A model generated the notes under the pieces. The model was given only the letters and a program-made list of their open reading frames with translations, was not told where the DNA came from and did no database searches. The translations under genes and the position numbers were made by a program. Shown here in pieces: positions 15,613-26,160 of a stretch of DNA of 27,730 bases. The stretch's first letter is position 1; every line of letters starts with the position of its first letter. The stretch comes from a virus (Duplodnaviria; Caudoviricetes), in the IMG/VR virus record IMGVR_UViG_3300027733_000173, positions 1 to 27,730 of that record, one strand, 5' to 3'.

Positions 15613-16521
15613 ATGTCATTAGGATGTAAATGTGATTCTGGATTATCAAATACTGGTAAACCAAACTGCGTAACGATTCAATCCGTTACCTCAAAACTTA
15701 TATTAGTTCCATTGAAAGATGCTACTGGAACAAAAAACTCTTTAGACCTTACAGCTACTTTTACCGAAGCTACTTTTACAGCTTTAGCTAATCAAGCAGA
15801 TGCTACTAAAAGATGGTTTTCACTTCCACAATTTGAAAATGTTGAACTAGCAAAGGCTGATTCTACTTTCGAGGAAGCTCCATCTGGAAGAAAAGTCTTT
15901 ATCAAACAAGGTAAACGTTCTTTTGCAGGTCAATTATGGAATGAAACACCACAATTATTAGGTAAAATTCAAAACAATAGATGTGTTGATTTTGGTGTTT
16001 ACATTGTTGACGTTAACGGAAACTTAGTTGGTTCTAAAGTTGGTGATAAATTATACCCAATTCCAGTAGATAATGAGTCTTTTGAAGCAAAATTAATGTT
16101 TGCTACAGATGCGGCTACTCAAAAAATCATGGTAGGATTTGACTTCTACAGATTGTTTGATGAGTCTACAATGTGGTTATTAACTCCATCTGATACAACT
16201 GACTTGTATGACTTCAATAACCTTGAAGGTTTGTTAGATGTAAACATTGCCATCTCTGGTATTACAACTACTGGTGCAGTTGCTACATTGACTTTAGACT
16301 ATGGTACGGCTAAAAACCCAATTAAAGTTAAAGGATTAGTTGCTTCTGACTTCTTGTTATATAACACTACGACAAGTACAACTGTAACTAAAACTGTTAC
16401 TGAAACAGCAGATGGTGTATATGCTTTTGTTTATACAGCAATTACTGGTTCAACTGACGTAATTAAATTGTCTTTAGCGAAAAGCGGTTATGTTGGAAGT
16501 AAAACTTATATTGATGCTTAA
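15613..16521 (+). CDS. Major tail (tube) protein, putative
   Basis: 302 aa after the capsid gene and before the tape measure; Cys-containing N-terminus (CKC..GLSNTGKPNC); Thr-rich Ig-like C-terminus. Confidence 0.7.
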   Translation: MSLGCKCDSGLSNTGKPNCVTIQSVTSKLILVPLKDATGTKNSLDLTATFTEATFTALANQADATKRWFSLPQFENVELAKADSTFEEAPSGRKVFIKQGKRSFAGQLWNETPQLLGKIQNNRCVDFGVYIVDVNGNLVGSKVGDKLYPIPVDNESFEAKLMFATDAATQKIMVGFDFYRLFDESTMWLLTPSDTTDLYDFNNLEGLLDVNIAISGITTTGAVATLTLDYGTAKNPIKVKGLVASDFLLYNTTTSTTVTKTVTETADGVYAFVYTAITGSTDVIKLSLAKSGYVGSKTYIDA

Positions 16522-16546
16522 TCTTTAATTAGATTCTTTTTAAGAG

Positions 16547-16577
16547 GAGGTACATTAATTTGTACCTCTTTTTTTTT
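16547..16577 (+). terminator. Intrinsic terminator
   Basis: GAGGTACA-ttaatt-TGTACCTC followed by T9. Confidence 0.85.
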
Positions 16578-16584
16578 ACCTTTG
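16577..16584 (+). promoter_or_regulatory. -7 box fused to the terminator T tract
   Basis: TACCTTTG, 4 nt before the ATG at 16589. Confidence 0.6.
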
Positions 16585-16588
16585 AATT

Positions 16589-17041
16589 ATGAAAGATCTT
16601 TTTGCTAAAACTGACATAAACAAAGTGCTTAATAAGGCAAAGTCTTTAGGTGGTTACAATCAAAGTTTATGGGTAAAATGTTTCGATGTTGAGTTTAGAA
16701 ATAAGATTGTAAAATGGGTTCAAGAATACCAATTTCAAAAAGGACTTGATATAGATGGGAATATTATCGGTAGATACTCAAAACGTACAGAACAAATTAA
16801 TCCTGACAAAATAAAAGGCACTCCGTTCACTTTAGAAGATTCTGGAGAGTTTTATCGTTCGATGTTTGTATCTGTATTTATAGATTCTATAGAGGTAGAA
16901 GGTGATGTAAGTAAATTTGAAGAATCTAAATGGTATGATGACCGAATACTTGGAATGACAGAAGATACACTTGTGTTATTTAAAGAAGAAATGAAAGAAA
17001 AATATATAAAGAATGTTAGAGAAATATTATCAATCGATTGA
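16589..17041 (+). CDS. Putative neck/tail completion protein
   Basis: YSKRT...TLEDSGEFYRS...ILGMT pattern of virion morphogenesis proteins. Confidence 0.6.
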   Translation: MKDLFAKTDINKVLNKAKSLGGYNQSLWVKCFDVEFRNKIVKWVQEYQFQKGLDIDGNIIGRYSKRTEQINPDKIKGTPFTLEDSGEFYRSMFVSVFIDSIEVEGDVSKFEESKWYDDRILGMTEDTLVLFKEEMKEKYIKNVREILSID

Positions 17042-17456
17042 AGAAATACCATTGTTTAATTGGCAAAAATGCCTTGAAGGTGATGTAAAGTACGTTAATT
17101 TAGAAACTAAAGAAGATTCTAGTAACCAAGAAGCATTCACTAAGTTATACGATGAATTTTTACAGAAACGTGGTGTAAACAAAGAATATAAGAAGTATTT
17201 GGATATTCTAAAGAAGAAAGCGTTGTTGCAATGTGAATTTTTGATTACAAAAGATGATTTCAAGCTAACAGAAATAGAAATACAAGATGCTAAAATTGTA
17301 TCTTTACAAAAGACTTCTGAAGCAGGTTTAAGTATTGATAAGACATTGATATATTTAGGTAAATGGTTAGGTTATAGATTAGATTGGAAAATTATCTCTG
17401 TATCAGAGTTTTATTCGATACTAGAAGAATACGAAAAACAAAGTAATATTAGTTGA
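17013..17456 (+). CDS. Putative tail assembly chaperone
   Basis: Helical 147-aa protein immediately before the tape measure gene. Confidence 0.55.
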   Translation: MLEKYYQSIEEIPLFNWQKCLEGDVKYVNLETKEDSSNQEAFTKLYDEFLQKRGVNKEYKKYLDILKKKALLQCEFLITKDDFKLTEIEIQDAKIVSLQKTSEAGLSIDKTLIYLGKWLGYRLDWKIISVSEFYSILEEYEKQSNIS

Positions 17457-17457
17457 T

Positions 17458-20400
17458 ATGAGTGAAAAAATTAAGAGTTCCGATATATTTGAAGGCGATA
17501 TATTTAAGATAGTTGTAGATAGTGCAGAATTAGCAAAAACTAAAATTGCTGAATTAAACAAAGAACTGGTAGAGGTAGGAACGTCTTTTAAAAAAGAATT
17601 AAGCGGAATTAAAACTGACAACGTAAAAGAAATAGAAGCATTAATTGTCAAGGTTAAAGAATTAACTAAGGCAGTAGATGCTCAAACGCAAGTAAATAAA
17701 GCAAATGAAATCGCAATTCGTGAAGCTAAAAAGACTTCCGAACAAGCATTACGCGAAGAAGAAAAAACTAAACGTGATGTATTAAAAACGCAAGAACAAA
17801 TAAATAAATCAAATGAACGTGCTGTAAAAAATCAAAAAGATTTATCTGATGCTTACAAGCAATTAGCACAAAATACTCGTGATTTAAAGAATGAATCTAA
17901 GCGTTTAGGTGCTGAAATGCTTGAACTTGAAAAACAAGGCAAAAAAAACTCGGCAGAATACTATAAACTAAGCAGACAATATAAAGAAACTACTAAATCA
18001 GCAATTGAAGGTGATAAAGCACTTAAAAAACTTGATAGTACAGTAGGTGATAACTTCCGTAATGTAGGTAATTACCAAAAGGCTATTGGTGGATTGAAAA
18101 ATGCTTTAATGCAGTTAGGATTAGCATTTGGAGTGTTTGATGGTATTCGTGCATTGTTAGATACACAGATTAAGTTAGATTCACTTAATTTATCACTAAA
18201 GAACGTTTCTAGTAGCACCAAAGAGTATCAAGCTAACTTTGCCTTTCTTAAAGATTTATCATTGTCTTACGGACAAGATTTACTTGTATTGATTGATTCG
18301 TATAAAAACTTTATTGCATCTACTTCATCATCTAATTTAAGTTTAGACCAACGTAAAAGAATTTACGAAAGTGTAATTAAAGCAGGTTCAGCACTTGCCT
18401 TATCAAATGATAATATAAAAGGTTCGTTACTTGCTATATCTCAAATGTTCTCTAAGGGTACGGTTTCAGCAGAGGAATTAAGACAGCAATTAGGCGAAAG
18501 ACTTCCTGGTGCTTTCGGTATCATGGCAGATTCAATGGGTGTTACCGAAGCTGAATTAGGTAAATTAATGAAGGAAGGTAAAGTTTTGGCAGATGATGTA
18601 ATGCCAAGATTTGCTATAATGTTAGAAAGAAGTTTTGGTGATAACGCTAAGGCAAGATTAGAAACTTTTGGTGGAGCATGGAACGTACTTAAAAATAATG
18701 TTACTTTATATTTCGACCAAGCACAAAAAAATATTGGTGTAAATAAAACTTTAGCAGGAGTATTATTAGGATTAGGTAAAAACATTGGAAGTGTACTTAA
18801 TAATATTCGTCAATTAGTTACATCTTTTATTGCTTTTAAATCTATTTCTATTTTAGCTTCTTTAGCTATAACTTCTGTTAATACTGGATTATTTACAATG
18901 ATAAAAAATGCTTGGAAAAGCAAAGAAGCATTTAACCTATTAGGATTATCATTAAAACAATTAACATTTATTGCTGTAATAGATGGATTAGTTAAATTAA
19001 CAGAGCATTTTATAGCTTTAGCAAATGGAACAGACCAAGCGACAATAGCTCATTTAAGGTATCAAAATGCAACTGAAAGAGGTAATGATAATACTAAAAA
19101 GTTTTTAGATGCAAAGAGAGATGAATTAGCATTAGAGATAAAAACTCAAAAAGCCTTATTAGATACAAAACAAATTACAGCAGAAGTATATAAAGCTAGA
19201 ATAAAATTAAAACAAGATGAAATTAATGAAGATGTAAAAGCAAAGATTAAAAGTTTAGAGAGTGAAAGAATCGCTTATTCCGATCCAAGATTAGCATTAA
19301 GAAAACAACTTGGTGGGGCGCCAAAACCTGCGAAAAAACCAATTAAAGAATTTTTTACATCTGGTATTGGTGGCGACCAAGTTGGAGAAAGTGATGCTTC
19401 CGCACAATATCAAGCAGATTTACAACAATATTTTCGAGATGCAGCACAATTTAATAAATATGTTAAACAAGGTGCTGAAATGCAAAGAGTAGATATAGAA
19501 TTAAGAAAATACTACTCATACCTTAAAGAAAATGCAATAATGAACACTAAATTTTCTGGAGGTGCAGGAGATGGTAAAAAAGAGAAGGGATATGCTGAAA
19601 GAGATAAAGCTCTTATAGATTTAAACACAGAATATAAAACTACAAATGAGTATTTATCAAGACAAGTAGAATTACAAGCTAAAATATCAGAATATGAATT
19701 AGATAGAGATATTATAAAAGCACAAGAAGAATATAATAAAGAATTAGAAAAACAACAAAAAATACTTGAAAATACTGGAGATTATGCTATCGGTTCACTT
19801 TATTATGCTTCAGAAGATGAAAAATCTAAAATGATAGCGTCTGAACAAAAACAGTTTGATAATAAAAAACTTTTAAGAGAAAAAGATTATAAGGAAAAAT
19901 ATGATGAATTAAATGCAGACCTTGAACAAGAAAAAAATAAAAAAATTGAAAATGCACAAGAAATAGAGGATACAATTGCATTAAAGCGAAAAAATGCAAA
20001 GAAAGTATTAGGCACTAAAGGAACTTCTGATAGTGCAAGGCAATCTGCAAAAGATGATTTAAAATGGGCTATTGAGCAAGAAGAATATTTAAAAATTAAA
20101 AAATTAGAAATAGATGATAACTATGAAGTTGAAAAAGCAAATATTAAAGAACAAGCTAAAAACGAACGTAAAGATTTAGATAAAGAAGAACTCAATGAAT
20201 TAAAGATACTTGGTGATAAAAAAGCAGATATTGAAAAACAAATAAATGAAAAAATTGCTAAAGACCAAGATGATTTTGAGTTGAAAAAAGCAGAGATGCG
20301 ATTAGAAATGATTAAAAACACAGCTGAATCTGTAAATAATCTAATTCAAAAATCACTTGAACATTATATCAACATGGCAGAACGCAGAATTGATATGTTA

Positions 20401-21087
20401 GACAAGCGTATGGATAGGATGTCTACACAAGCTGACTTCTTACGTGAAAAAGCAGTAGCAGGGAATATTCAAGCACAAGAATCACTTGCTGTAATAGACA
20501 AACAAGAAATAGATGCACAGAAAGAAAGAATGAATGAGCAAAGGTCAATACAAAGACTACAAATAGCAATGACTGTATTTCAAGCGTATTCAAACAATAT
20601 TCAAAATGCTAAGGTAGGAGAGAATCCATTTACAAAAACACTTACTGATATTACTTTGCTAAATCAATTTGTTGCTAGTTTACCTACATTTATTGATGGT
20701 ACTGAAACTAATATTGCTGAATCTTTAGGTAAAGCACACATGCAAGGTCAAGACGGTTATATTGTACGTGTAGATGGTTCTGAAAAAGTATTAAATCCTA
20801 AACTTTCTGCAATGACTGGTAACATGACTACATATGAAATTGCTAAATTAGCAGAAGACTTCCGTAGAGGTGATATTATGCGTAAAGGTGAAGGTGCAAT
20901 GCAATTAAATGTTGGTTCATGGGGAACGGATATGATTGTATCTAAATTAGAATCTTTAGAGCAAACAATTAAAAACAAACCAGAATCTAACATTGAACTT
21001 GGGGAAATAGTTGGTGGAGTAATGCACATTATGGAAACTAAAAAGACTGGCAATACAAAAGTTCGTAACATTTCAAGATTCTCTTAA
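17458..21087 (+). CDS. Tail tape measure protein
   Basis: 1209 aa, coiled-coil rich; RNVGNY and the tape-measure domain motif QMFSKGTVSAEELRQQLGERLPGA. Confidence 0.93.
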   Translation: MSEKIKSSDIFEGDIFKIVVDSAELAKTKIAELNKELVEVGTSFKKELSGIKTDNVKEIEALIVKVKELTKAVDAQTQVNKANEIAIREAKKTSEQALREEEKTKRDVLKTQEQINKSNERAVKNQKDLSDAYKQLAQNTRDLKNESKRLGAEMLELEKQGKKNSAEYYKLSRQYKETTKSAIEGDKALKKLDSTVGDNFRNVGNYQKAIGGLKNALMQLGLAFGVFDGIRALLDTQIKLDSLNLSLKNVSSSTKEYQANFAFLKDLSLSYGQDLLVLIDSYKNFIASTSSSNLSLDQRKRIYESVIKAGSALALSNDNIKGSLLAISQMFSKGTVSAEELRQQLGERLPGAFGIMADSMGVTEAELGKLMKEGKVLADDVMPRFAIMLERSFGDNAKARLETFGGAWNVLKNNVTLYFDQAQKNIGVNKTLAGVLLGLGKNIGSVLNNIRQLVTSFIAFKSISILASLAITSVNTGLFTMIKNAWKSKEAFNLLGLSLKQLTFIAVIDGLVKLTEHFIALANGTDQATIAHLRYQNATERGNDNTKKFLDAKRDELALEIKTQKALLDTKQITAEVYKARIKLKQDEINEDVKAKIKSLESERIAYSDPRLALRKQLGGAPKPAKKPIKEFFTSGIGGDQVGESDASAQYQADLQQYFRDAAQFNKYVKQGAEMQRVDIELRKYYSYLKENAIMNTKFSGGAGDGKKEKGYAERDKALIDLNTEYKTTNEYLSRQVELQAKISEYELDRDIIKAQEEYNKELEKQQKILENTGDYAIGSLYYASEDEKSKMIASEQKQFDNKKLLREKDYKEKYDELNADLEQEKNKKIENAQEIEDTIALKRKNAKKVLGTKGTSDSARQSAKDDLKWAIEQEEYLKIKKLEIDDNYEVEKANIKEQAKNERKDLDKEELNELKILGDKKADIEKQINEKIAKDQDDFELKKAEMRLEMIKNTAESVNNLIQKSLEHYINMAERRIDMLDKRMDRMSTQADFLREKAVAGNIQAQESLAVIDKQEIDAQKERMNEQRSIQRLQIAMTVFQAYSNNIQNAKVGENPFTKTLTDITLLNQFVASLPTFIDGTETNIAESLGKAHMQGQDGYIVRVDGSEKVLNPKLSAMTGNMTTYEIAKLAEDFRRGDIMRKGEGAMQLNVGSWGTDMIVSKLESLEQTIKNKPESNIELGEIVGGVMHIMETKKTGNTKVRNISRFS

Positions 21088-21097
21088 ATAAAACATT

Positions 21098-22813
21098 ATG
21101 AAGCATAAGATAAACGGACAAGAAATATCTCCAGATAATAGATTTGACATTGGTGTTTCTATTGATTTTGATGCACGTATAGACCAACAGAAAATGACTA
21201 CTGATACAGTTGTACTTTCAAGGGAAGGAAATAAGATTGTAAAAGACCATATTAATCAAGGTAAACTATTAGAAGGAATACCATACGAAGTTGAGTTTGC
21301 GCCACAACAATCAATTCAATACTTTGTAGATTTAACAAGTGAAATGAAGGTGTATGATAATAAAGTACACGTTACGCTTAAAAACTACTTAGGACACGAC
21401 CAATTTTTTGATAAAGCAGAAACTTTAATATGGGATTTAGTTAACTTATCAAATCCAATTACTAGTATTGACATTAAGTATCAGATATTACCACAAGATG
21501 CAAATGCACGTGCTTTAATGGCTTCATTAGGTTTATTTACTATATCTATGTCTATTGCACAACAAAGTAGAGAGGTAAAAGAAAGAGCAATAAGTGTTGC
21601 GTGGGCTACACAACCTTTATATGGAGTATCAGCAGTAGGACCAGTACTTGTTCCAGATTGGAAAAGTATTGTAATAAATATACTTAAATTAGTTGTTGCA
21701 TTGATTTTTACTGCAATATTACTATTCCAAGCAGTTGTATTAGGACTTGAAATATATAGATTATTAAATCCACCATTAAACATTTTAAAAGCAAGTACAG
21801 CAATAGATCTACTTAAAAAAGGATGTAATCACTTAGGGTTTAAGTTTAAATCCTCAATCTTAGAGGGTGATTATAAAGACATGGTAATACTTCCAGTTCC
21901 ACAGAATAGAACAAATGTAAAGTGGTACGATGTATTCTCTGGTGATTTTGGTACTGGATTAAACAAAGCATTTCCACAAGCAAGTGATACAGTTGGAACT
22001 TTAGGTAGTTTAATCTATGCAATGGAAAATATGTTCAATGCTAAGACTAAAGTTCAAAATGGTGTTGTTCAATTAGAACGATGGGATTATTGGAAAGTTA
22101 ATGCTAATCAACAATTATCTTCTTCACTTGTTGTTCAAGCAGATAGGGTTAATGCCTTCGAGTATGACTTTAGTAAACTATTCAAAAGATATTACATACA
22201 TTATTTAACTGACTATTCCGATTATAATACACTTGATGCTTTTGAAAATAACTTAGCAGAATATTCATTAGATACAACTAAACCTACAGACCCTAAATTA
22301 AACCTTATAAAAGGACTTCAAGAAAAAACGATACCATTTGCACTTGCTAAGAGAAAAAGTAAGCTAACGTGGCTAGAAAAGCAATTCTTAGGGTTATATA
22401 AAGCTATAGATAAGTTGTCGGCTGGTAAAACTGGGCTTGTTGCTAAGAAAAACAAATATGGTGCAATACAGATTACAGACCCATTCTTTTCCACTACTAA
22501 AATATTTATGTGGGATAAGGCGTTTGGTGCTAGAGAAAATCAAGATCTTCTTAAACCTACATATCTTTGGGATAAATATCACTACATAAATAATCCAGAA
22601 ATATATCAGTATATAGTAAAAAAAGGTCTTAAGATAAAAATAACTAGCACTGAATTTTTAGGTATTTTAAATAAAAACTTTGTGCTTATAGATGGTAAAT
22701 TATGTGAAATTACCAAACTAGATTATTTTGATGAAAGAAATTATGCTATAATTGATTACAAAGAACCTTATAATGTGTTTACAAATCAATTTAAGTTAAC
22801 AAAAATATATTAA
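21098..22813 (+). CDS. Tail tip/structural protein with hydrophobic segments
   Basis: 571 aa after the tape measure gene; contains ILKLVVALIFTAILLFQAVVLGL. Confidence 0.65.
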   Translation: MKHKINGQEISPDNRFDIGVSIDFDARIDQQKMTTDTVVLSREGNKIVKDHINQGKLLEGIPYEVEFAPQQSIQYFVDLTSEMKVYDNKVHVTLKNYLGHDQFFDKAETLIWDLVNLSNPITSIDIKYQILPQDANARALMASLGLFTISMSIAQQSREVKERAISVAWATQPLYGVSAVGPVLVPDWKSIVINILKLVVALIFTAILLFQAVVLGLEIYRLLNPPLNILKASTAIDLLKKGCNHLGFKFKSSILEGDYKDMVILPVPQNRTNVKWYDVFSGDFGTGLNKAFPQASDTVGTLGSLIYAMENMFNAKTKVQNGVVQLERWDYWKVNANQQLSSSLVVQADRVNAFEYDFSKLFKRYYIHYLTDYSDYNTLDAFENNLAEYSLDTTKPTDPKLNLIKGLQEKTIPFALAKRKSKLTWLEKQFLGLYKAIDKLSAGKTGLVAKKNKYGAIQITDPFFSTTKIFMWDKAFGARENQDLLKPTYLWDKYHYINNPEIYQYIVKKGLKIKITSTEFLGILNKNFVLIDGKLCEITKLDYFDERNYAIIDYKEPYNVFTNQFKLTKIY

Positions 22814-22818
22814 ATTTG
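22811..22818 (+). promoter_or_regulatory. -7 box overlapping a stop codon
   Basis: TAAATTTG, 4 nt before the ATG at 22823. Confidence 0.5.
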
Positions 22819-22822
22819 TTCT

Positions 22823-23050
22823 ATGAATACAGATACTCTATTGCAACTTTCTAAAGAATTAGAAGTTATAACAAAAGAAGCTAAGGATAAGTTCGAATTA
22901 ATATCACTTAATAAGGATTTAAGTGATGAATATAAGTCGGTTATTGAAAGAGCAAAGCAAATGTGTTCCGAATTGCAAGTAGCAATGGAGAATAAGGATA
23001 TTAACAAAATGAATAAACTATTAGAAGATGCCAATAAAATTAGTATCTAA
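22823..23050 (+). CDS. Small coiled-coil hypothetical protein
   Basis: 75-aa ORF in the tail operon. Confidence 0.65.
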   Translation: MNTDTLLQLSKELEVITKEAKDKFELISLNKDLSDEYKSVIERAKQMCSELQVAMENKDINKMNKLLEDANKISI

Positions 23051-25313
23051 GTCATATACAGACATTTATGGTAACTCTAGTAGCAACTATAAAGCAAATG
23101 CTGGTGATAAAATAATCTCTAAACTAACAATTAGTTCTGATATTTACGTTCGTTCTAGTAGTAAAAATCAAATGACATTTGATGATTTTGATGGTGTGTT
23201 CAGTCAATCAGATGGAGATTTTTTAGAGTCTGGATTTAGAAAAGGAATGACTCTTTATTGGAAAGCTATAGACAATGCAAATGTTGTTAGGAGTTCATGG
23301 ACAGTAACTATTACCGAAGTTTATCCATTATATCTAGTTCTTACTGGTTCACTTCCAAATGTAAATAATAGTAGTTCACAAGATTCTATTTGGTTAATAT
23401 ATACTGATTCTACTCATGATGAAATAAATTTAAGTTTAAACTTTACAGATAGTGAAAATCCTACTTCTACACCAGATAGTTTAATTGATGGTGAAGTAAG
23501 CAGATTTTCTTATCAAGGACTTACAGCATTATCGGTTGGTTCTACAGCTAATTTAACACAATTAGGCAAAAAGTCTGGACAATTTGCAATAACAACTACT
23601 ACAATTAAGCGTTTAGCTGATTCTACTAACGTATATGTAACTGGAAGAAGTGTTAGAAATTATGAAGTATCATTTACTACGATCTTCTCTGGAATGTTGT
23701 TTGAAAATATGTTTATTGGTAAAAAATACCTTAAACAATTTGCTCAATTAGATTTTAGAGTAGTGTCTTCTGAAACAATTAAGCCTACTACAATATCTAT
23801 AGATGATGAATGTGATACTGGATGGTTTAATGAATCTTATAACACAGAAATTCCAAAGGTATTATCAGCTACGGATGATGCTAGTAAATTATATTACAAT
23901 CAACCTATTAGTTTTACGGCTACAATACAAGTTAAAGGCACAACTACTACTCAGTTAGAAATAGGTGCTGTTTATGAAACTTTTGATGATACATATAACT
24001 TAAACAAAGCACAAAATCAAAGTGATAAATTATTTTTACTTAAAACTGGATTAATAGGAGTTGCAAACATAGGTAGTACATATACTTCTTTAGGAATTGG
24101 AGCGTATCAAATAACATTAAATAGCTTTTCTTACTTTGATTCTGGTGGAGATAGGTTTTTTAATGTTGGATTAAGTTTTAATCCTTATACATTTGGTGCA
24201 TTTATTGAAGCTAGAGGTGATTCTGATAGACAATTTTACTTGTGGATTAAAGCTGAAAACTATAATTACCTTGTTTTTGGTGGTGATTTAGAATATAAAT
24301 ACGAAATAGGTCAAGAAATTACACCATATACTAATATTGTATTTAACCACTCTTACAATTTAGACTATTCAGACCTTACAACTCCTACTCAATGTAACGA
24401 TATAAACATAGAGGATGATCTCGGATTTATAGCTGACTTTGATTTATTTCAGTTAAATGTAAATTCGTCTGTTAAATCTAGTATTGTTGTATATAATTCT
24501 ATTACTTGGGATGAATTTGTATTAGATTCTATTGAATTTGACATATCACAACAAGATTTAAACTATTTTACAAAACAAACACTCGCTTTAAATAATAATT
24601 TACCTCAAAGTTCTGCAAAGAAAGTAGCATATTTAATGCAAAAAGCAAACGATGAAGGAATTATAACGGTTAGATTATATTATCCATTCTTAATTAATTG
24701 GACTTACTGGCAAAAACTATTAAATACACATCCTTACTTTACTTCTAAAAATATTAGCAACAACGATTGGTTTAATTTTCAAGTTGCACCATGGTCTTTG
24801 AAAATAAAAACAGAGATTGTTCGTAATAATAAAACAGATTGGTTTTATAAAGACATATCAATTAAAGACTATGATGATAGCACAATTGTATCTACTATAT
24901 CTTTGTTTGAATATCCTGCAATGACAGCGTTAAACGGTCTTAAAGAAGATAAACAGATACTTATTAGAGCAACACACGTAGCACCTTCTGTATGGGCTTC
25001 TGATATTTACGGACAAATAACTATTGAACCTAAAGAAAGTTCACCAAGATGGTTGATGTCTACTGAAATAGATACTAATACAGATAATATTAATCCTTTG
25101 TATGGTATTACAGATAACAAACTTACTTCTAGTGGATTAGGTACTAACACTATTGTTTTTGAGTGTTTATTAGACATGACTAAGGTTACTTCTACGAATT
25201 TATGTATTACCTCAAAAATAAGTGATGATTCAGCACAAGGTGGAGATTTATTTATTTATACGACTGGAATTGGAGTTTCTAACACAAATAATATTAATTT
25301 TATAACAGCATAA
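23028..25313 (+). CDS. Tail structural protein (beta-rich)
   Basis: 761 aa, S/T/D/N-rich, in the distal tail region. Confidence 0.7.
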   Translation: MPIKLVSKSYTDIYGNSSSNYKANAGDKIISKLTISSDIYVRSSSKNQMTFDDFDGVFSQSDGDFLESGFRKGMTLYWKAIDNANVVRSSWTVTITEVYPLYLVLTGSLPNVNNSSSQDSIWLIYTDSTHDEINLSLNFTDSENPTSTPDSLIDGEVSRFSYQGLTALSVGSTANLTQLGKKSGQFAITTTTIKRLADSTNVYVTGRSVRNYEVSFTTIFSGMLFENMFIGKKYLKQFAQLDFRVVSSETIKPTTISIDDECDTGWFNESYNTEIPKVLSATDDASKLYYNQPISFTATIQVKGTTTTQLEIGAVYETFDDTYNLNKAQNQSDKLFLLKTGLIGVANIGSTYTSLGIGAYQITLNSFSYFDSGGDRFFNVGLSFNPYTFGAFIEARGDSDRQFYLWIKAENYNYLVFGGDLEYKYEIGQEITPYTNIVFNHSYNLDYSDLTTPTQCNDINIEDDLGFIADFDLFQLNVNSSVKSSIVVYNSITWDEFVLDSIEFDISQQDLNYFTKQTLALNNNLPQSSAKKVAYLMQKANDEGIITVRLYYPFLINWTYWQKLLNTHPYFTSKNISNNDWFNFQVAPWSLKIKTEIVRNNKTDWFYKDISIKDYDDSTIVSTISLFEYPAMTALNGLKEDKQILIRATHVAPSVWASDIYGQITIEPKESSPRWLMSTEIDTNTDNINPLYGITDNKLTSSGLGTNTIVFECLLDMTKVTSTNLCITSKISDDSAQGGDLFIYTTGIGVSNTNNINFITA

Positions 25314-25320
25314 TAAAGAT

Positions 25321-26160
25321 ATGAGTGAACAACTAAAACAGCAAACATTATATAATGTTTCCGAATCAAATACTAAGAACTTACTATGGGCTGATGTTTA
25401 TGTAAGTGGTACAGAAGGTGCATCTGGAATTTATGTTTCTCGTAGAATGACTTGGGCGCAATGGATAGCCTATCTTAATGCAAACGGAGCAACTGGTCCT
25501 GCTGGTACTAATGGTACTAATGGTACAAATGGAACTAATGGAACTAATGGTACAAATGGTGATAGAGCACTAATGACTCTTAACTATCAAAGTAGCAATT
25601 TAACACTTCAAACTGGAACTTTAACATTACCAGTAAATCCTTCTTTTCCTTTAGTTAATTTAGGATGGATACAAGGTACTAGAATTAGAATTTGGAATAG
25701 TGCTACAGCATATATGGAAGGTGTTATTACTTCTACTATAAATAATCCGCAAACAACTAATATTTCAGTTAATATTGACTACGTTATTGGTAGTGGTACT
25801 CAATCTTTATGGAATGTAAGTGTTGCTGGAGATTTAGGTAATGGAAATCCAAGACTTCAAACAGTTACAAGTTCAGCTACAGTTACGCCAGTATCTACTA
25901 ATGATATAGTAACTATTACAGCGCAAGCTGTTGGACTTACACTTGCTAATCCTACTGGTACTTTTGTTGAAGGTCAAGCATTAATGATTAGAATAAAAGA
26001 TAATGGTACAGCAAGAACTATTGCTTTTGACACTAATTATAGAGCAATAGGTATTACTTTACCTACTACTACTGTTATTAGTAAAACTATCTACCTTGGA
26101 ATTATATACAATTCTACGGATGCAAAATGGGATATTTTAGGTTTAAATCAGCAAGCATAA
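25321..26160 (+). CDS. Tail fibre-like protein with a short collagen-like segment
   Basis: GATGPA(GTN)6G; C-terminal TLANPTG...IRIKDNGTARTI...KWD domain. Confidence 0.75.
   Translation: MSEQLKQQTLYNVSESNTKNLLWADVYVSGTEGASGIYVSRRMTWAQWIAYLNANGATGPAGTNGTNGTNGTNGTNGTNGDRALMTLNYQSSNLTLQTGTLTLPVNPSFPLVNLGWIQGTRIRIWNSATAYMEGVITSTINNPQTTNISVNIDYVIGSGTQSLWNVSVAGDLGNGNPRLQTVTSSATVTPVSTNDIVTITAQAVGLTLANPTGTFVEGQALMIRIKDNGTARTIAFDTNYRAIGITLPTTTVISKTIYLGIIYNSTDAKWDILGLNQQA
25504..25557 (+). repeat. Six 9-bp GGWACWAAT units (GTN x6)
   Basis: Read directly from the sequence. Confidence 0.9.

Noticed and set aside
17000-17041. Programmed -1 frameshift of tail chaperones
   Set aside because: The downstream ORF is in the +1 frame, has its own ATG, and no clear XXXYYYZ slippery site was seen in the overlap.
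416-23034. Other minus-strand and nested ORFs in the track (e.g. 416, 1133, 3037, 8646, 9777, 9994, 11828, 12565, 13656, 16852, 18441, 19310, 20757, 21481, 22810)
   Set aside because: All are shadows of longer, well-supported genes and show no recognisable motifs.
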